NCBI GenBank assembly: GCA_951406725.2
Contig: OX597823.1
Span: 103,292,001 to 103,356,000 of the forward strand
Source: Octopus vulgaris
Taxonomy: Eukaryota
DNA length: 64,000 bases
Direction of reading: 5' to 3'
Shown here: in pieces, positions 28,240-41,050 of the stretch
Layout: each line of letters starts with the position of its first letter
Position numbering within the stretch: position 1 is the stretch's first letter
Notes under the pieces: generated by a model
What the model saw: only the letters and a program-made list of their open reading frames with translations
What the model was told of the DNA's origin: nothing
Database searches by the model: none
Position numbers and translations under genes: made by a program

Positions 28240-29035
28240 GACGTACGATGATTAATGTAAGGCGATTAATGTAGGGTAACTAATGTAGAATGATTAATGT
28301 AGGATGATTAATGTCGTGTGATTAATGTAGGGTGATATATGTAGGGTAACTAATGTAGGATGATTAATGTAGGATGATTAATGTTGTGTGATTAATGTAG
28401 TGTGATTAATGTAGGGTAACTAATGTAGGATGATTAATGTAGGATGATTAATGTTGTGTGATTAATGTAGTGTGATTAATGTAGGGTAACTAATGTAGGA
28501 TGATTAATGTAGGATGAATAATGTTGTGTGATTAATGTAGGGCGATAAATGTAGGGTAACTAATGTAGGATGATTAATGTAGGATGATTAATGTCGTGTG
28601 ATTAATGTAGGGTGATATATGTAGGGTAACTAATGTAGGATGATTAATGTAGGATGATTAATGTTGTGTGATTAATGTAGTGTGATTAATGTAGGGTAAC
28701 TAATGTAGGATGATTAATGTAGGATGATTAATGTTGTGTGATTAATGTAGTGTGATTAATGAAGGGTAACTAATGTAGGATGATTAATGTAGGATGAATA
28801 ATGTTGTGTGATTAATGTAGGGCGATTAATGTAGGGTAACTAATGTAGGATGATTAATGTAGGATGATTAATGTCGTGTGATTAATGTAGGGTGATATAT
28901 GTAGGGTAACTAATGTAGGATGATTAATGTAGGATGATTAATGTTGTGTGATTATTGTAGGGCGATTAATGTAGGGTAACTAATGTAGGATGATTAATGT
29001 TGTGTGATTACTGTAGTGTGATTAATGTATGGCTG
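28240..29035. repeat. Satellite array: 14-bp monomer (TAATGTAGGATGAT), 70-bp higher-order unit, 280-bp super-unit
   Basis: gggtaac recurs exactly every 70 bp from 28274 to 28974 (11 times); variants gatatat and gaataa recur every 280 bp; flanks are degenerate. Confidence 0.95.
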
Positions 29036-29454
29036 TGTGATTAATATAGGATAATGAAGGATGACTACTGAAGGGTAATGAGCGTGATTAATATGTAGGA
29101 TGATTAATGAAGAATGATTAATGTAGGGTGATTCATGTCGGTGATCAATGCTGGATGATTAATGTAGTATGATTAAAGTAGTTTTAAGAAGAGCGATCAA
29201 TGTAAGGGGATTAATGTGGTGCAATGTTGGTTGAGTAATGTAGGATAATAAACGCAAGGAAATGTAAAATATTGTGTGGCGCATCAGAACTATTTGATGA
29301 GGCAGGAACAGTGTCCTGAGGAAGGAATTTGGAGGAAGGAGCAGTGTCCACGGCCTTACCTTTGCAGGCTGTCAGAGGCCTGTGATTGATATCTAATGCC
29401 GTAAATGTTCCGCGCGCGTGCGCGTGTATATATACACACACGCACACACCGAAA

Positions 29455-29747
<293 letters not shown>

Positions 29748-29758
29748 GCACACACACG

Positions 29759-29873
<115 letters not shown>

Positions 29874-30145
29874 ATTAATTTACCCTTTGCAAATTCTGAA
29901 GTATATTATGGGCTGTATATTTAATACAATGTACATGTCTGAATAGTTCAAGAGTGGATTATATACTCAGGTGGGTCTAATTATCTCCATGCACTACAAG
30001 AATACCATTCTGTCGGTACTTCTGTACCAAAGTGGATATTTACATAATACTGTTGTGTGTGTATATTATTCCGACCTAACGCGGTGTCTCAACTTAAGTA
30101 GCTAATTCAACTGAATCTTATATATATATATATATATGTGTGTGT

Positions 30146-30300
30146 GTGGCTGTGTGGTAAATAGCTTGCTTACCAATCACGTAGTTTCGAGTTCAGTCTC
30201 ACTGCGTGGCACATTGGGCAAGTGTCTTCTACTATAGTTTCGGGCCGACCAAACCCTTGTGAGTGGATCTGGTAGACGGAAACTGAAAGAAATCCGTCGT
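30146..30300 (+). mobile_element. SINE family B 5' half, ending at its internal (TA)n where the CR1 element begins
   Basis: gtggctgtgtggtaa...gggcaagtgtcttctactatag...gaaatccgtcgtatata. Confidence 0.85.
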
Positions 30301-30310
30301 ATATATATAT

Positions 30311-33300
30311 AGTTAGTTAGTTAATTTGGCTCAAAAGCAAATAGCAAGGCCATGTAGGGGGACATGGAGTTAAGTACAGGGTGGTGTTCATGTAAAGAGT
30401 TCAGGCCACTTGAGGTCAAGGGAGGCTTTGAACAAAGCGGTCGTCGGCATCTTCACCATCACGTCTGGCAGCTTGTTCCACGGATCCGCAACCCGGACGG
30501 AGAAAGCTCCTCTCCTTCGATTGAGATGAAATCGTCGCAGGTAGAGCTTTTCGGAATGACCCCGCAGCCGACGCTCTGGAGCAGGAGTGAAGAACAGTTC
30601 TTTCGAGAGGTTACACTTTCCGCTTATGATGTTGTGGGCGAGAATGAGATCACCATGGCGGCGGCGTTTTTCAAGAGAATAAAGGTCGAGCGTCCTCAGC
30701 CTTTCTTCATAGGATAAATTTTTGAGACCATGAACCATGCGGGTAGCCAGCTTCTGGACTCTTTCAAGATGCTGTGTGTCTTTGAGGAGATAAGGAGAAG
30801 AGGCTTGAATCCCGTACTCCAATATGGGTCTCACCAGCGTGACATAGAGTGGTAGGAATATGGCTGCTGTGAGCATTCCGAAAGACCGTCGAATCAAAAA
30901 CAGAATTCCGCGTGCTTTGTTGGCAGCATGGACGCACTGGGCCGAAGGCGAAAAGGAGGAATCCACCAAGATACCCAGGTCCTTTACCTGATCGGTCATC
31001 TCCAGCAGCAGACGACCCGGCTCGAAATCAAGTTGAGTTGCAGGAGGAGAGCCAACAGGCAGATGACAGCACTTTGACACGTTCAGACACAGGTCCCATT
31101 CGTTAGACCACTTCCAAATTTGGTGGAGGCATCGACGGAGATTCTCTATATCACCGCGAGGAGCGACCAGTTTGATATCGTCTGCAAATAGAAGGGTGTG
31201 TTGCGTGAGGTCGTCGGGCAAGTCATTTATGAAGACTAAGAACAATAAGGGCCCAAGCACTGAACCTTGAGGCACGCCACTGCTCGCACTGGAGACGTCG
31301 GACCGCGAACCATTAACTTGGACTTGGAAGGAGCGATCTGAGAGGAAGGCACCAACCCAACGTACAATATCCGGATGGAAACTATATGCTTGAAGCTTGA
31401 CAAGTAATAGGCGGTGGTTTACCGAGTCAAAAGCTTTGGCAAAGTCCAATAAAACGATGTCAACAGCATCACTATCATCGAGGATGCGCGTCACTAATTC
31501 TTCCATTACCAGTAAGTTGGTCAAGCATGATCTCTTCGGCACGAAGCCGTGTTGGGAATTAGAGATAGAGGCTGTGTTTTGGAGGTGGAGCATCATACTT
31601 TTCTTAAGGATGGTTTCGAACATCTTGCTGATTATTGATGTAAGGGAAACTGGTCGGTAGTTAAGCGGGTCTTCGCGGCTCCCTTTCTTGAAAATTGGGC
31701 AGATTATCGCTGTTTTCCAGTCCGCGGGTATAACACCCGTCGCCAATGACATATTGAATAGACGTGTTAAGGGCTCGCAGATGACCAGAGCCAACGCTTT
31801 GATAACCCGTGGGTGTATGCCGTCAGGGCCGTGATCCTTGTTGACATCGAGGCCTTGAATAACACGTTTGACTTCGTCCCGCGTGATGACCAATCTAGGC
31901 ATTGGAGGTACCGATCTATCAAATGGAGGGGGTTCACGACCATCATCTTGTTTGAAAATAGTTGAAAAAGCCTCGGCAAATAATTGACTCTGTTGATAAG
32001 GGTCCTCAATCGATACGCCTGTTGAGTCTACCAACGTTGCAATCTGGTTGTTCAAGCGGGAATTCCGTTGGACATGGGCAAAGAAGGTTTTTGGATTGCT
32101 ACTGGCATTTGCCGCGATTTTGTATTCATAACTGAAGCGTTCTTCCTTTTCAATTTTCACGGCTCGGTCTCGTTGAGTTTTGTACACCTCAAAAGCTGCA
32201 GTCGAATCCAGATTTTTGAATTCAGCCCAAGCAATATCTCTGAGTCGACGTTCTCGTTTAACCTTCTTCGTCACCCAGGGCTTGTGTTTCTTCTTCTTGG
32301 GAAGCCCAACGGGAACTGCCTGGTCAGTCAACCAGATTACATATGCTTTGAGGGATGACCATAGTTCGTCAACTGAGGACAACGTCATCAGGGATCGCCA
32401 GTCCAGAAGCGCGGAAGCCTCGGTTAGAATTTCAAGATTAATTGCAGAGAAGGCTCTACGTGGCTGCGAAGTAGTCGTGGGCGTAGAAAAAGTTGTGTGC
32501 ATGACGAACTTCAGGACCGCATGATCACTCTTGGCAAGAGGGGCGCACACAGATACGTCTGACACTGATCTTGGATAGCGGGAGAATACCAGATCCAGCA
32601 TAGATGGCTGCTGCCCAGACCGATGCCTTGTCGGATATTCAACATGTTGCGATAGAAAACAATCTTCAGCCACGTCAAGAAGGGCCTGGCCGAACCGGGA
32701 AGATGTTGTACAATTTGATGCGGGCCAATCGATCGTGGGAACGTTGAAGTCTCCTAGTACCAAACAGTCATTCGAAGCTGAAACGAATCTTATGGCTTCG
32801 AGTAAATGAGCATCGTCCTGGGGGTCGGCAAGAGGCGGCCTGTAGACAGCTAACACGGGCAGGCAAAACTCGGATAGGCTCGGCTTGCAATAGACGGCAT
32901 CGAATTTTGTTGTAGGTTGAGCATTAGTGGGTAGAATACCGCTGGACGGTTTGTGCTCAGATTTGGCATACACAGCAACACCTCCACCTCGCCTTTTTTC
33001 TCTGTCACATCTGAAAAGGACGTAGCCCTGTAGGTGGATTTCTGAGTCCTTTACTGCTGGAGTCAGCCAAGTCTCGGTGATAGCTATCACATCAGGGGAG
33101 TCACGTATGGCCAGTGTAAATAGTTCGCTGAACTTTGGGAATAAGGAGCACGAGTTGGTATAGACAATGCTGAGCTGTGAAGTTTGAGGGGCGGGAGTTG
33201 GGGAACAAGCAGAATAAGGGGTATCAGAGATAGCATCGTTGACGGGGGTATCAACTTCACTTCGATTTGCCCTCACTTCACTTTCCCTGTCAGCACTACA

Positions 33301-33326
33301 GCATGCGACCAGAGGTAGGACTTGAT
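30311..33326 (-). mobile_element. 5'-truncated CR1-type LINE with (TAAC)n tail, inserted in (TA)n
   Basis: 3' UTR of about 65 nt, then aattaactaactaact; TA tracts at both junctions; visibly higher GC than the flanks. Confidence 0.92.
30388..33276 (-). CDS. LINE ORF2, APE endonuclease plus reverse transcriptase, uninterrupted; frame stays open to the truncation point, no ATG start
   Basis: EN motifs AITETWL, GDFN, LDLVF, SDH; RT motifs YRPVSLTS, QHGF..KRSCLTNL, LDFAKAFDSV, SGVPQGSVLGPLLF, FADD; C-terminal LYSLEKRR. Confidence 0.93.
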   Translation of the reverse strand: MRANRSEVDTPVNDAISDTPYSACSPTPAPQTSQLSIVYTNSCSLFPKFSELFTLAIRDSPDVIAITETWLTPAVKDSEIHLQGYVLFRCDREKRRGGGVAVYAKSEHKPSSGILPTNAQPTTKFDAVYCKPSLSEFCLPVLAVYRPPLADPQDDAHLLEAIRFVSASNDCLVLGDFNVPTIDWPASNCTTSSRFGQALLDVAEDCFLSQHVEYPTRHRSGQQPSMLDLVFSRYPRSVSDVSVCAPLAKSDHAVLKFVMHTTFSTPTTTSQPRRAFSAINLEILTEASALLDWRSLMTLSSVDELWSSLKAYVIWLTDQAVPVGLPKKKKHKPWVTKKVKRERRLRDIAWAEFKNLDSTAAFEVYKTQRDRAVKIEKEERFSYEYKIAANASSNPKTFFAHVQRNSRLNNQIATLVDSTGVSIEDPYQQSQLFAEAFSTIFKQDDGREPPPFDRSVPPMPRLVITRDEVKRVIQGLDVNKDHGPDGIHPRVIKALALVICEPLTRLFNMSLATGVIPADWKTAIICPIFKKGSREDPLNYRPVSLTSIISKMFETILKKSMMLHLQNTASISNSQHGFVPKRSCLTNLLVMEELVTRILDDSDAVDIVLLDFAKAFDSVNHRLLLVKLQAYSFHPDIVRWVGAFLSDRSFQVQVNGSRSDVSSASSGVPQGSVLGPLLFLVFINDLPDDLTQHTLLFADDIKLVAPRGDIENLRRCLHQIWKWSNEWDLCLNVSKCCHLPVGSPPATQLDFEPGRLLLEMTDQVKDLGILVDSSFSPSAQCVHAANKARGILFLIRRSFGMLTAAIFLPLYVTLVRPILEYGIQASSPYLLKDTQHLERVQKLATRMVHGLKNLSYEERLRTLDLYSLEKRRRHGDLILAHNIISGKCNLSKELFFTPAPERRLRGHSEKLYLRRFHLNRRRGAFSVRVADPWNKLPDVMVKMPTTALFKASLDLKWPELFT

Positions 33327-33863
33327 TATATATATATACGTGATTTATAAATGTACAATCATAATTCAGGCTGGTAACTTTATATATATATAGGATGTTC
33401 GATAAATATGAAAAAACGTATCAATAATCATTTTTCATCTTTTAGACTCACACATAAAGCCAATTGTACGTCCTTATCTAGCAAGATTTGAGAACTGAAG
33501 GAAAGCGGGATCGAATTTAGCCTTAAATGGGATATAATACGGAAAGCACAGCCTTATAGAGATAGTTCGAATTTTGGTGTAGACCACCTTAATTCTCATC
33601 AGCAACTCTTATCGCCTAAGGTTAAACTCAACTTTCTTTGTCAATCTTATAAAAAAAAAAAAAGAAACCGCTGGAAACATGTCCTGATTTTCAAAACGGT
33701 AAAAGTGAAAACAATAAATTAAAAATATAATGCTTTAGTGGCTTTGAAATTAATTTAATTCTTGTTTTAGCATAAGCAGTGCTAGTCAGCACCCGTCACT
33801 TTTGTGACCTCTATTAATTTTGCCTTTAAGTTCTAATTGCTAATAAGCCACCATTTTAATCTG

Positions 33864-33996
<133 letters not shown>

Positions 33997-34004
33997 CATG
34001 TATG

Positions 34005-34050
<46 letters not shown>

Positions 34051-34091
34051 TATATATATGGCTATGTATGTATGTATATATATATATATAT

Positions 34092-34735
34092 AGGTGGAAA
34101 ACTTGGAGAGTGGCTGCACAACATCCTAAAAGATAGAAGGCAGGCAGTTGTGGCCAATGGAGCCACCTCCAAGGAAACACAAATAACAAGCGGTGTTCCA
34201 CTGCTGCCTTCACTGCTGTTCATAGTGGCCCTTTCAGACATGCCCTCAGTTGCTAAGATGGCCACCCTTGCTAGCTATGCAGATGGCACAAAAGTCTCCC
34301 ACACAATACAAAATCCTGGAAATATTGCACATCTGCAACAGGAGTTGGATACAATATACAGGTGGGCTGAGGACAACAACATGCAGTTTAATGCAGGTAA
34401 GTTCCAGACCCTGCGCTACCGGCACACAAAGGTAAACGACATGCAGACTGGATACACTGGCCGGGAAGAATTGTAATCCCTGAGTCAAAATCAGTGCATG
34501 ACCTGGACATTGACATGAGCAATGGTGCATCTTTCCAAGTGCATTTTACTAATCTGGTGATAAAATGCAGACGGCTAGCTGGATGGATTCTCCGAACTTT
34601 CAGAACAAAAGAGAAGGAGACACTGATGGTCCTGTGGAAAACTTTCGTCCTCAGCCGCTTGGACTACTGCTCCCAACTGTGGTCACCAAACAATATAAAG
34701 CTAACAGCAGAACTCGAAGCAATTCAAAGAAGCCT
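34092..34735 (+). pseudogene. Second CR1/L2-group LINE family, RT fragment
   Basis: GKLGEWL...SGVP..LLF...SYADGTK...LQQELD.IY.WAE.NNMQFN; GWILRTF...SRLDYCSQLWSP. Confidence 0.85.
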
Positions 34736-35355
34736 AGTATAAAGTTCATTGGAATCCCACCACCATTTCTCTCCAGTTATCTATACGAATATTCTTTAAA
34801 ATGCATTGAAAATTCTATTTAATAATAGAGGAAAATTCCAATTCAAAAACAAAACAAAGTAGTGAAAAATTAAACAGGTTCCAGAAATAACTATTTTAAA
34901 GTTACTTTTGCATGTATTGGTTAGAGGAAGTGATTTAACACAAGGAGCGCAGGTCGAGTATTACAATGAATTTATTATCCAGCGATGAGGATTTCCGTTT
35001 ATAAACCTACTTCGCTAAAAGGTTGAAAACTTTTGACAGGGACCCACTAACCTGTCATATGGATAGTTTATACATACATACATACACACATACATACACA
35101 CATACATACATACATACACACATACATACATACATATACATGCATACATACATACATACATACATACATACATACATACATACATACATACATACATACA
35201 TACATACATACATACATACACACATACATACACACATACACACATACACACATACCTACACAGATGCATACATACATACACACATACATACATACACACA
35301 TGCATTCATACATACATACATACACATACATACATATATATATGCATATATATGA

Positions 35356-35387
<32 letters not shown>

Positions 35388-35720
35388 TTATGCATGCTTG
35401 TATGTGTGTGTGTGTGTCCTTTTTGCGGCAATAACTTCCGGTGTTTTGTTCTCAATTCATATTTTCTATGGTGGCTTCCGGTTAAAAAGAAGAAAATTTA
35501 AGATGGATAAAATTATAAATGACTTTAGATTTGTCAGATATTATGAGCAGATGTTTTTGCAAATGGATGTGAGTGCATGCGCGCGCGCACGCGTGTGTGG
35601 TATCTGCATATTCTTTCATTTTTTTTTATAGTGGATAACTATAACATTCTGGTTTAAGTCATTGGACTTACATAGATAGACAGAAACATACATACACACA
35701 CATACGTATATTCATGTACA

Positions 35721-35803
<83 letters not shown>

Positions 35804-36417
35804 TAGTTGTCTACTCCTTATACAGAGTTTGACCACCTCCTGTACCTACACCTTAGAACCATCACACACACACACACACACACACACACAAGTAAGAATG
35901 TTTATGCAAATATTTTCACCCCTAATTACAATGCTTATCTACCTGTTTCTTCGAATATTGCCTGTCCCTTTTAGATATCTCCATTTTCCTCTGAACATAG
36001 AATGAACCTCAGCTAAACTTTCTAACGGATATCTTGTAATCTGGTTGCCCTCATCTGCTTTTAGCCCTTTTTTCCGTTTCTCTCTCTTTCTCTTTTACTT
36101 TCTCTGTTTTTTTCCCATCTCCTTCTCTGCTACATTCCTCCTACAATCTTTCATTCTTTCTCTCACAAACACTGGAGTACATATTGTACACACACATATA
36201 CATATGTATATAAATATATGTATGTATGTTCTATATATTACGCATACACTCACGTAATGCGTTCTGTATCACAGGCATGGCGTTTATATTGTATGGGGGC
36301 GTAGAAGTTAAAGGTGGTTTATGTGAATGTGAGAAAATATAACAAAACAAGATGCTAACAGAGATGTTATTGGTTCAAATGTAAATATTTATTTATGTAG
36401 ACAGACGGAAAGATATA

Positions 36418-36790
36418 TCAGGTCATCCCATAAGTTCTGTCCGACGATTTTACCTTTTTTAAAATTGAATGAAATTTAATAGTATTTTACTATTAAAAAT
36501 TAAAAAGTATTTTTATGCATTTGTGTACATTTAAACTAATTAAATATTATTTTACAGTATAATAGAATTAAAATATTGGGGGACATAACTTTCGCAAACC
36601 AAGAAGAGGTCGAAACTGACATTTCAGAGTTCTTCGCTTTGAAACCAAAAGAGTTTTACATTGATGGGATTAAAAAGCTTGTAAATAGATGGAAGGAAGT
36701 CTTATATAATCATGGAGAGTACATTGATGATTAAATTTAAATTAAATATAGCATATTCAAAATTCGGACAGAACTTATGGGATGACCTGA
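36418..36790 (+). mobile_element. Internally deleted mariner (MITE-like), 373 bp
   Basis: Perfect 27-bp TIRs tcaggtcatcccataagttctgtccga with TA flanks; retains C-terminus FANQEEVETDISEFFALKPKEFYIDGIKKLVNRWKEVLYNHGEYIDD*. Confidence 0.92.
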
Positions 36791-36800
36791 TATATACATA

Positions 36801-36910
36801 GGCGTGACTGTGTGGTAAGAAGCTTGCTTCCCAACCACATGGGTCCGGGTTCAGTCCCACTAACGTGGCACCCTCAGCAAGTGTCTTCTATTATAACTTC
36901 GGGCCAACCA
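36801..36910 (+). mobile_element. SINE family B head fragment
   Basis: gtgactgtgtggtaagaagcttgc...gggttcagtccc...gcaagtgtcttcta. Confidence 0.75.
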
Positions 36911-37279
36911 TATTTATATGTGTGTGTATGTGTATGTATATATATATATATATGTATATGTATATGCACACACACACACATACATACACACACACACATA
37001 TAAGTATTTGGTCTATCAATCTATCTATTACGATCGATCAGTCAATCAATCATTCGATCAATCGATCAGTCTATCTAAATACTTATCTCTGTCAACCCAA
37101 ACCAACACCAAAGCATCACCAGTTTTCTATTCTGAGATCTGGTCATTTTGTTACATCAATATTTTGCGCTGTTATAAACTATAATTAACTGAAATACCCA
37201 TCCCCACAATATCTGTATGATATGGTTTCTAGCAATGTGTGCGTGCGTGTTTTGTGGGTGTGTGGGTGATGGAGTGCGT

Positions 37280-37640
37280 ATTAAAAAGAAAGAGTGTAGT
37301 GGATTAGTTCATTGAGATAAAAAGTCGCGTTGGTGACGAGAGTCTGGGAAACTGCTGTACAGAGTTGCAGCAAACGCAGAAAAATGCTTCATGGCGTAGT
37401 CCACAAAGCAGAAATAGCGTGCAATAGGAGAGTAATCTTGAAGGCATGCAAGTGTTTGTGACTTGATCAGACAAGCGTCGTTTGATCTGTCCGATATAAG
37501 TGAGTTTCAGAAGTAACGTTATAAAGAGCAACTGAAATTGGTAGAGGTGCTGGTGAAGGAGTCGGTTACATAGAAAGAGTGGTGGTTGTGTTTGGAGAGA
37601 ATGATGGTGGTTGAGAAATAAAGAAAATGTTGCACCATGA
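37280..37640 (-). pseudogene. Penelope-like element GIY-YIG endonuclease remnant
   Basis: HSFYVTDSFTSTSTN..SCSL followed by YIGQIKRRLSD resembles SFTC.S.N.IY.I.C..C...YIGQT.RRL.DR. Confidence 0.6.
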
Positions 37641-37664
37641 ATTGAGATCGAATCTCAAAATCAA

Positions 37665-39020
37665 GCCTTCCATTCCCATTAACATTCCAATGACTTTTAA
37701 ATCTCCACATATTTTCCATGAGTGCCTTTCATAGGCAATGGCATGAAGTAAAAGTTCCATATTCTCATATGATTCATGAAGTGTGCAATAGGAATGGAAG
37801 GCTTCAAATTACCATTATGGAGATGTACAGCTTTTAAGTTTCGTTTTGAAGAGTCAACAAACAAACGCCACTGTGCAGGATCATGATTTTGTGATAAACA
37901 TTCGAAAAGTCCATGGATGTTACTACAAAAGCAAAGCGGGCCTTCGACTGAAAAACACGTTTGTAGAACCATATTTCTCTGCCGAAAATAAGTTGTACAA
38001 GCATCGTGTTCTAGCAGATACTTCTTCAGACTTGATGGCAACAGTTCTGCTTTATCTTTTGAGAGGGATAGGTCTCTGACAAGGTCATTCAGTTCAGTTT
38101 GGGAACATTTCTGAAGTTCAAAGTTATCATCATCAGCTACGTAATCTTCCTCGGCAGAACTATCGTGACAGTCAGCATCATCATCTGATGTTTCAATACC
38201 ATCATCTGGTGGAACTGTAATTGGAAGACTTCCACTGAGAGGCACATGTCTCATGGCAGAATCCAAATTGGGATACACGATTTTCTGTTTCTTCTTCACA
38301 GAAAATCCTGTGACATTTACTTTGCAAAAATAGCAGTCATTGAAATGGTCTTTGAGTTCCGTCTACATCATTGGAATGGCGAAAGGCATGGACTTCTTCT
38401 TATTGAACCAATCACGTAATCCATTTGAGCAAGCTGAACAGATAAAATGTGGTGCTCATAACTTTTCCTGATCTCCAAGAGGACAGTCAAAGCATAACTT
38501 ATAAATATTCTTGAACTCTGGTGTTCTTATACGTTTTTGAGCTTTCACAATGAATTGTCCAGAGACATAGCAAAGCACTTCAGGACGATTCCTATACTGT
38601 CTTGACAGTGTTAACACTAAAACAAGTAAGGAAATAGATACAAACGGTTATACGGTTATAGTTATATAGAATTTGAGATGATGAAATATTTCATCAGACC
38701 CATTACGACCGGACAATTTGAGATGTTGAAATATCTATTTCATTAGACAAAACTTGATTAATAAATTTGAGATGATGAAATATTGCATTTGAACTATGCA
38801 GTAATGAATAATGTAGTTTATTTTAAAGGTATGTTTCCATAATGTAAATGTAATACATGCATACACGTCATTAATTGGAATTTCTATATAAGGCATGAAC
38901 TAAAGCCAAAAAACTTTCGCATCTTGAAAACTGTACAAATTGTTTATTTGAAATCAGCAATAAAAACTATACTAAGTACACCTTGACATATGATTGATGA
39001 GAGATACTTGTTGAGCAGCG
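37665..39020 (-). mobile_element. Chapaev-type (Chapaev3-like) DNA transposon, 5' half; transposase pseudogene about 37665-38608
   Basis: SRQYRNRPEVLCYV, LGDQEK..APH.IC..C, MPFAIPM....KDHFNDCYFC, ELNDLVRDLSLSK, WRLFVDSSKRNLKAV.LHNGN, ICGDLKVIGML; terminus cgctgctcaac resembles CACTG. Family assignment is from memory. Confidence 0.75.
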
Positions 39021-39151
39021 TATTTAGCAGAAGCAACAGAATGACTGAAGGTCCGAAAGTTTCGCGCTTTGGTACTCATCTAATTAGTTTGATAAGTGCC
39101 AACGCGCGAAACTCTCGGACTCTGTGTCACGCTGTTGCTTCTGTTAAATAT

Positions 39152-39193
<42 letters not shown>

Positions 39194-39304
39194 GCGCGCG
39201 TGTGTGCGTGCGTGTATGCATGCATGTATGCATGTATGTATGTATGTATGTATGTATGTATGTATGTATGCATGTATGTATGCATGTATGCATGTATGCA
39301 TGTA

Positions 39305-39706
39305 ACCTGACACGCATAGGAATCGTCTTCCTATGACGCTGACATGCAATGTCTGCGAAAGACCCTGACTCAGTAAAGCTGGACTAAAGAGTCATCTTCG
39401 TAGTCATAAAGCGAGACAGATGAGTGACAACCTGGCCACTGGTGGTGTGTAACACACCATACTAATCATATCTGTCGGACATGTGGAAGAGAGTGTAATT
39501 CGGCAGGAGGACTTAAACGACATGCAAAGGTACATGAAGCCCAGTTACAACTACAGCCGGCTATTACCAGTAAAGGTTTTAGTTGCCAATTCTGTACAAG
39601 ACATTGTAGGTCTTTATCTGGGCTAAAAAGTCACATTCGATCACAGCACCATTAACAGTTAAGCCTCGTGCAATGGCCATACTCGATAACGAGGGGGCAG
39701 ACATCA
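39305..39706 (+). mobile_element. 5'-truncated RTE LINE 3' end, inside (TATG)n
   Basis: Near-identical to 19710-20100 and 49953-50420. Confidence 0.9.
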
Positions 39707-39980
39707 TGTATGTATGTATGTATGTATGTATGTATGTATGTATGTATGTATGTATGTATGTATGTATGTATGTATGTATGTATGCATGCATGTATGTATG
39801 TATGAATGTATGTATGTATGCATTTATGTATGTATGTATGTATGTATGTATGTATGTATGTATGAATGCATGTATGTATGTATGTATGCATGCATGTATG
39901 TATGTATTTATGTATGTATGCATTTATGTATGTATGTATGTATGAATGAATGTACTTACGTATGTATGTATGTATGTATG

Positions 39981-40011
<31 letters not shown>

Positions 40012-41050
40012 GTTTGTATGTATGTATGTATGTATGTATGTATGTATGTATGTATGTATGTATGTATGTATGTATGTATGTATGTATGTATGTGAGCGTG
40101 TGTGTGTGTGTATCAAAGGATCCTGCTTAATTACATCTCGAGTAAGTGCATAGTGTTGTTAACCGGATCGTTTAGCAATGAATCCATGTTGTTGAATCTT
40201 ATCAAATTTTCCCAGTTGTCAGTAAAACGATCGGCTAATTATAGCTAAAAATTGAACATTTTCTATGACTTGATATGAATAAAGCCACATCAATGACATT
40301 ATATATGAAGTGATTCATTGACTACGACATTAGTCTGTGACTGAGCCAGTCAAAGTTTCCTTGCCCGTGAAACTCCTGTCGATGTCATTGCGTATTCTCA
40401 TATCTGTGAATGAACACAATTGTCTATATAGTCATATGATTCTGCCTATACTCGGACAATCGAAGAATATTAAAGAGAACTGGAAAATCCAAACGGAGTT
40501 CAGTGAAATGATTCACATGCATTACACACACACACATGTAAATGCCGTCCAAGAATTTGGACCTGGAGATCTCCATTTCCAGCGACTTCGAGGTGGTGTC
40601 GGGCGTCAACGAAGAGCCCTCGACTACAACAAGACGACCAAAGTTTTTTTTTCCAATGTCTGGGGTCTCCCGCCCCTAAGCCCTAGACCATCACCTAAAA
40701 AGACTTACCCGTCTTGTTGCTTAACAACAACAACAACAACAACAGCACATGTAAATCTCTCTCTCTCTCTCTCTCTCTATTTGTTTATTTCTATATATAT
40801 TTATTTGTTTCTGTCATTTGACTGCTGCCGTACTAGAGCACCGCCTTTAGTTCGGCATTATTCTGCGTGCTTTAGCTTCATTACTATAACAACAATCCGG
40901 ATATTTATTGGTTAGACCATGTATATAGTCCGAGTGAACTTGAAATGATTCATTTTTTAAACTTTAGAATTCGAAGTAGATTAAACTGCAAAAAATAGCC
41001 TGTAATTATTTGTTAGAAAAACCCTTTTGCCTAGAAAGAGTCGAAGGATA

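Noticed and set aside
28240-29035. CRISPR-like regular spacing
   Set aside because: No unique spacers and no cas genes; a pure tandem satellite in eukaryotic DNA.
30364-32524. Plus-strand ORFs overlapping the CR1 element
   Set aside because: Antisense shadows of ORF2.
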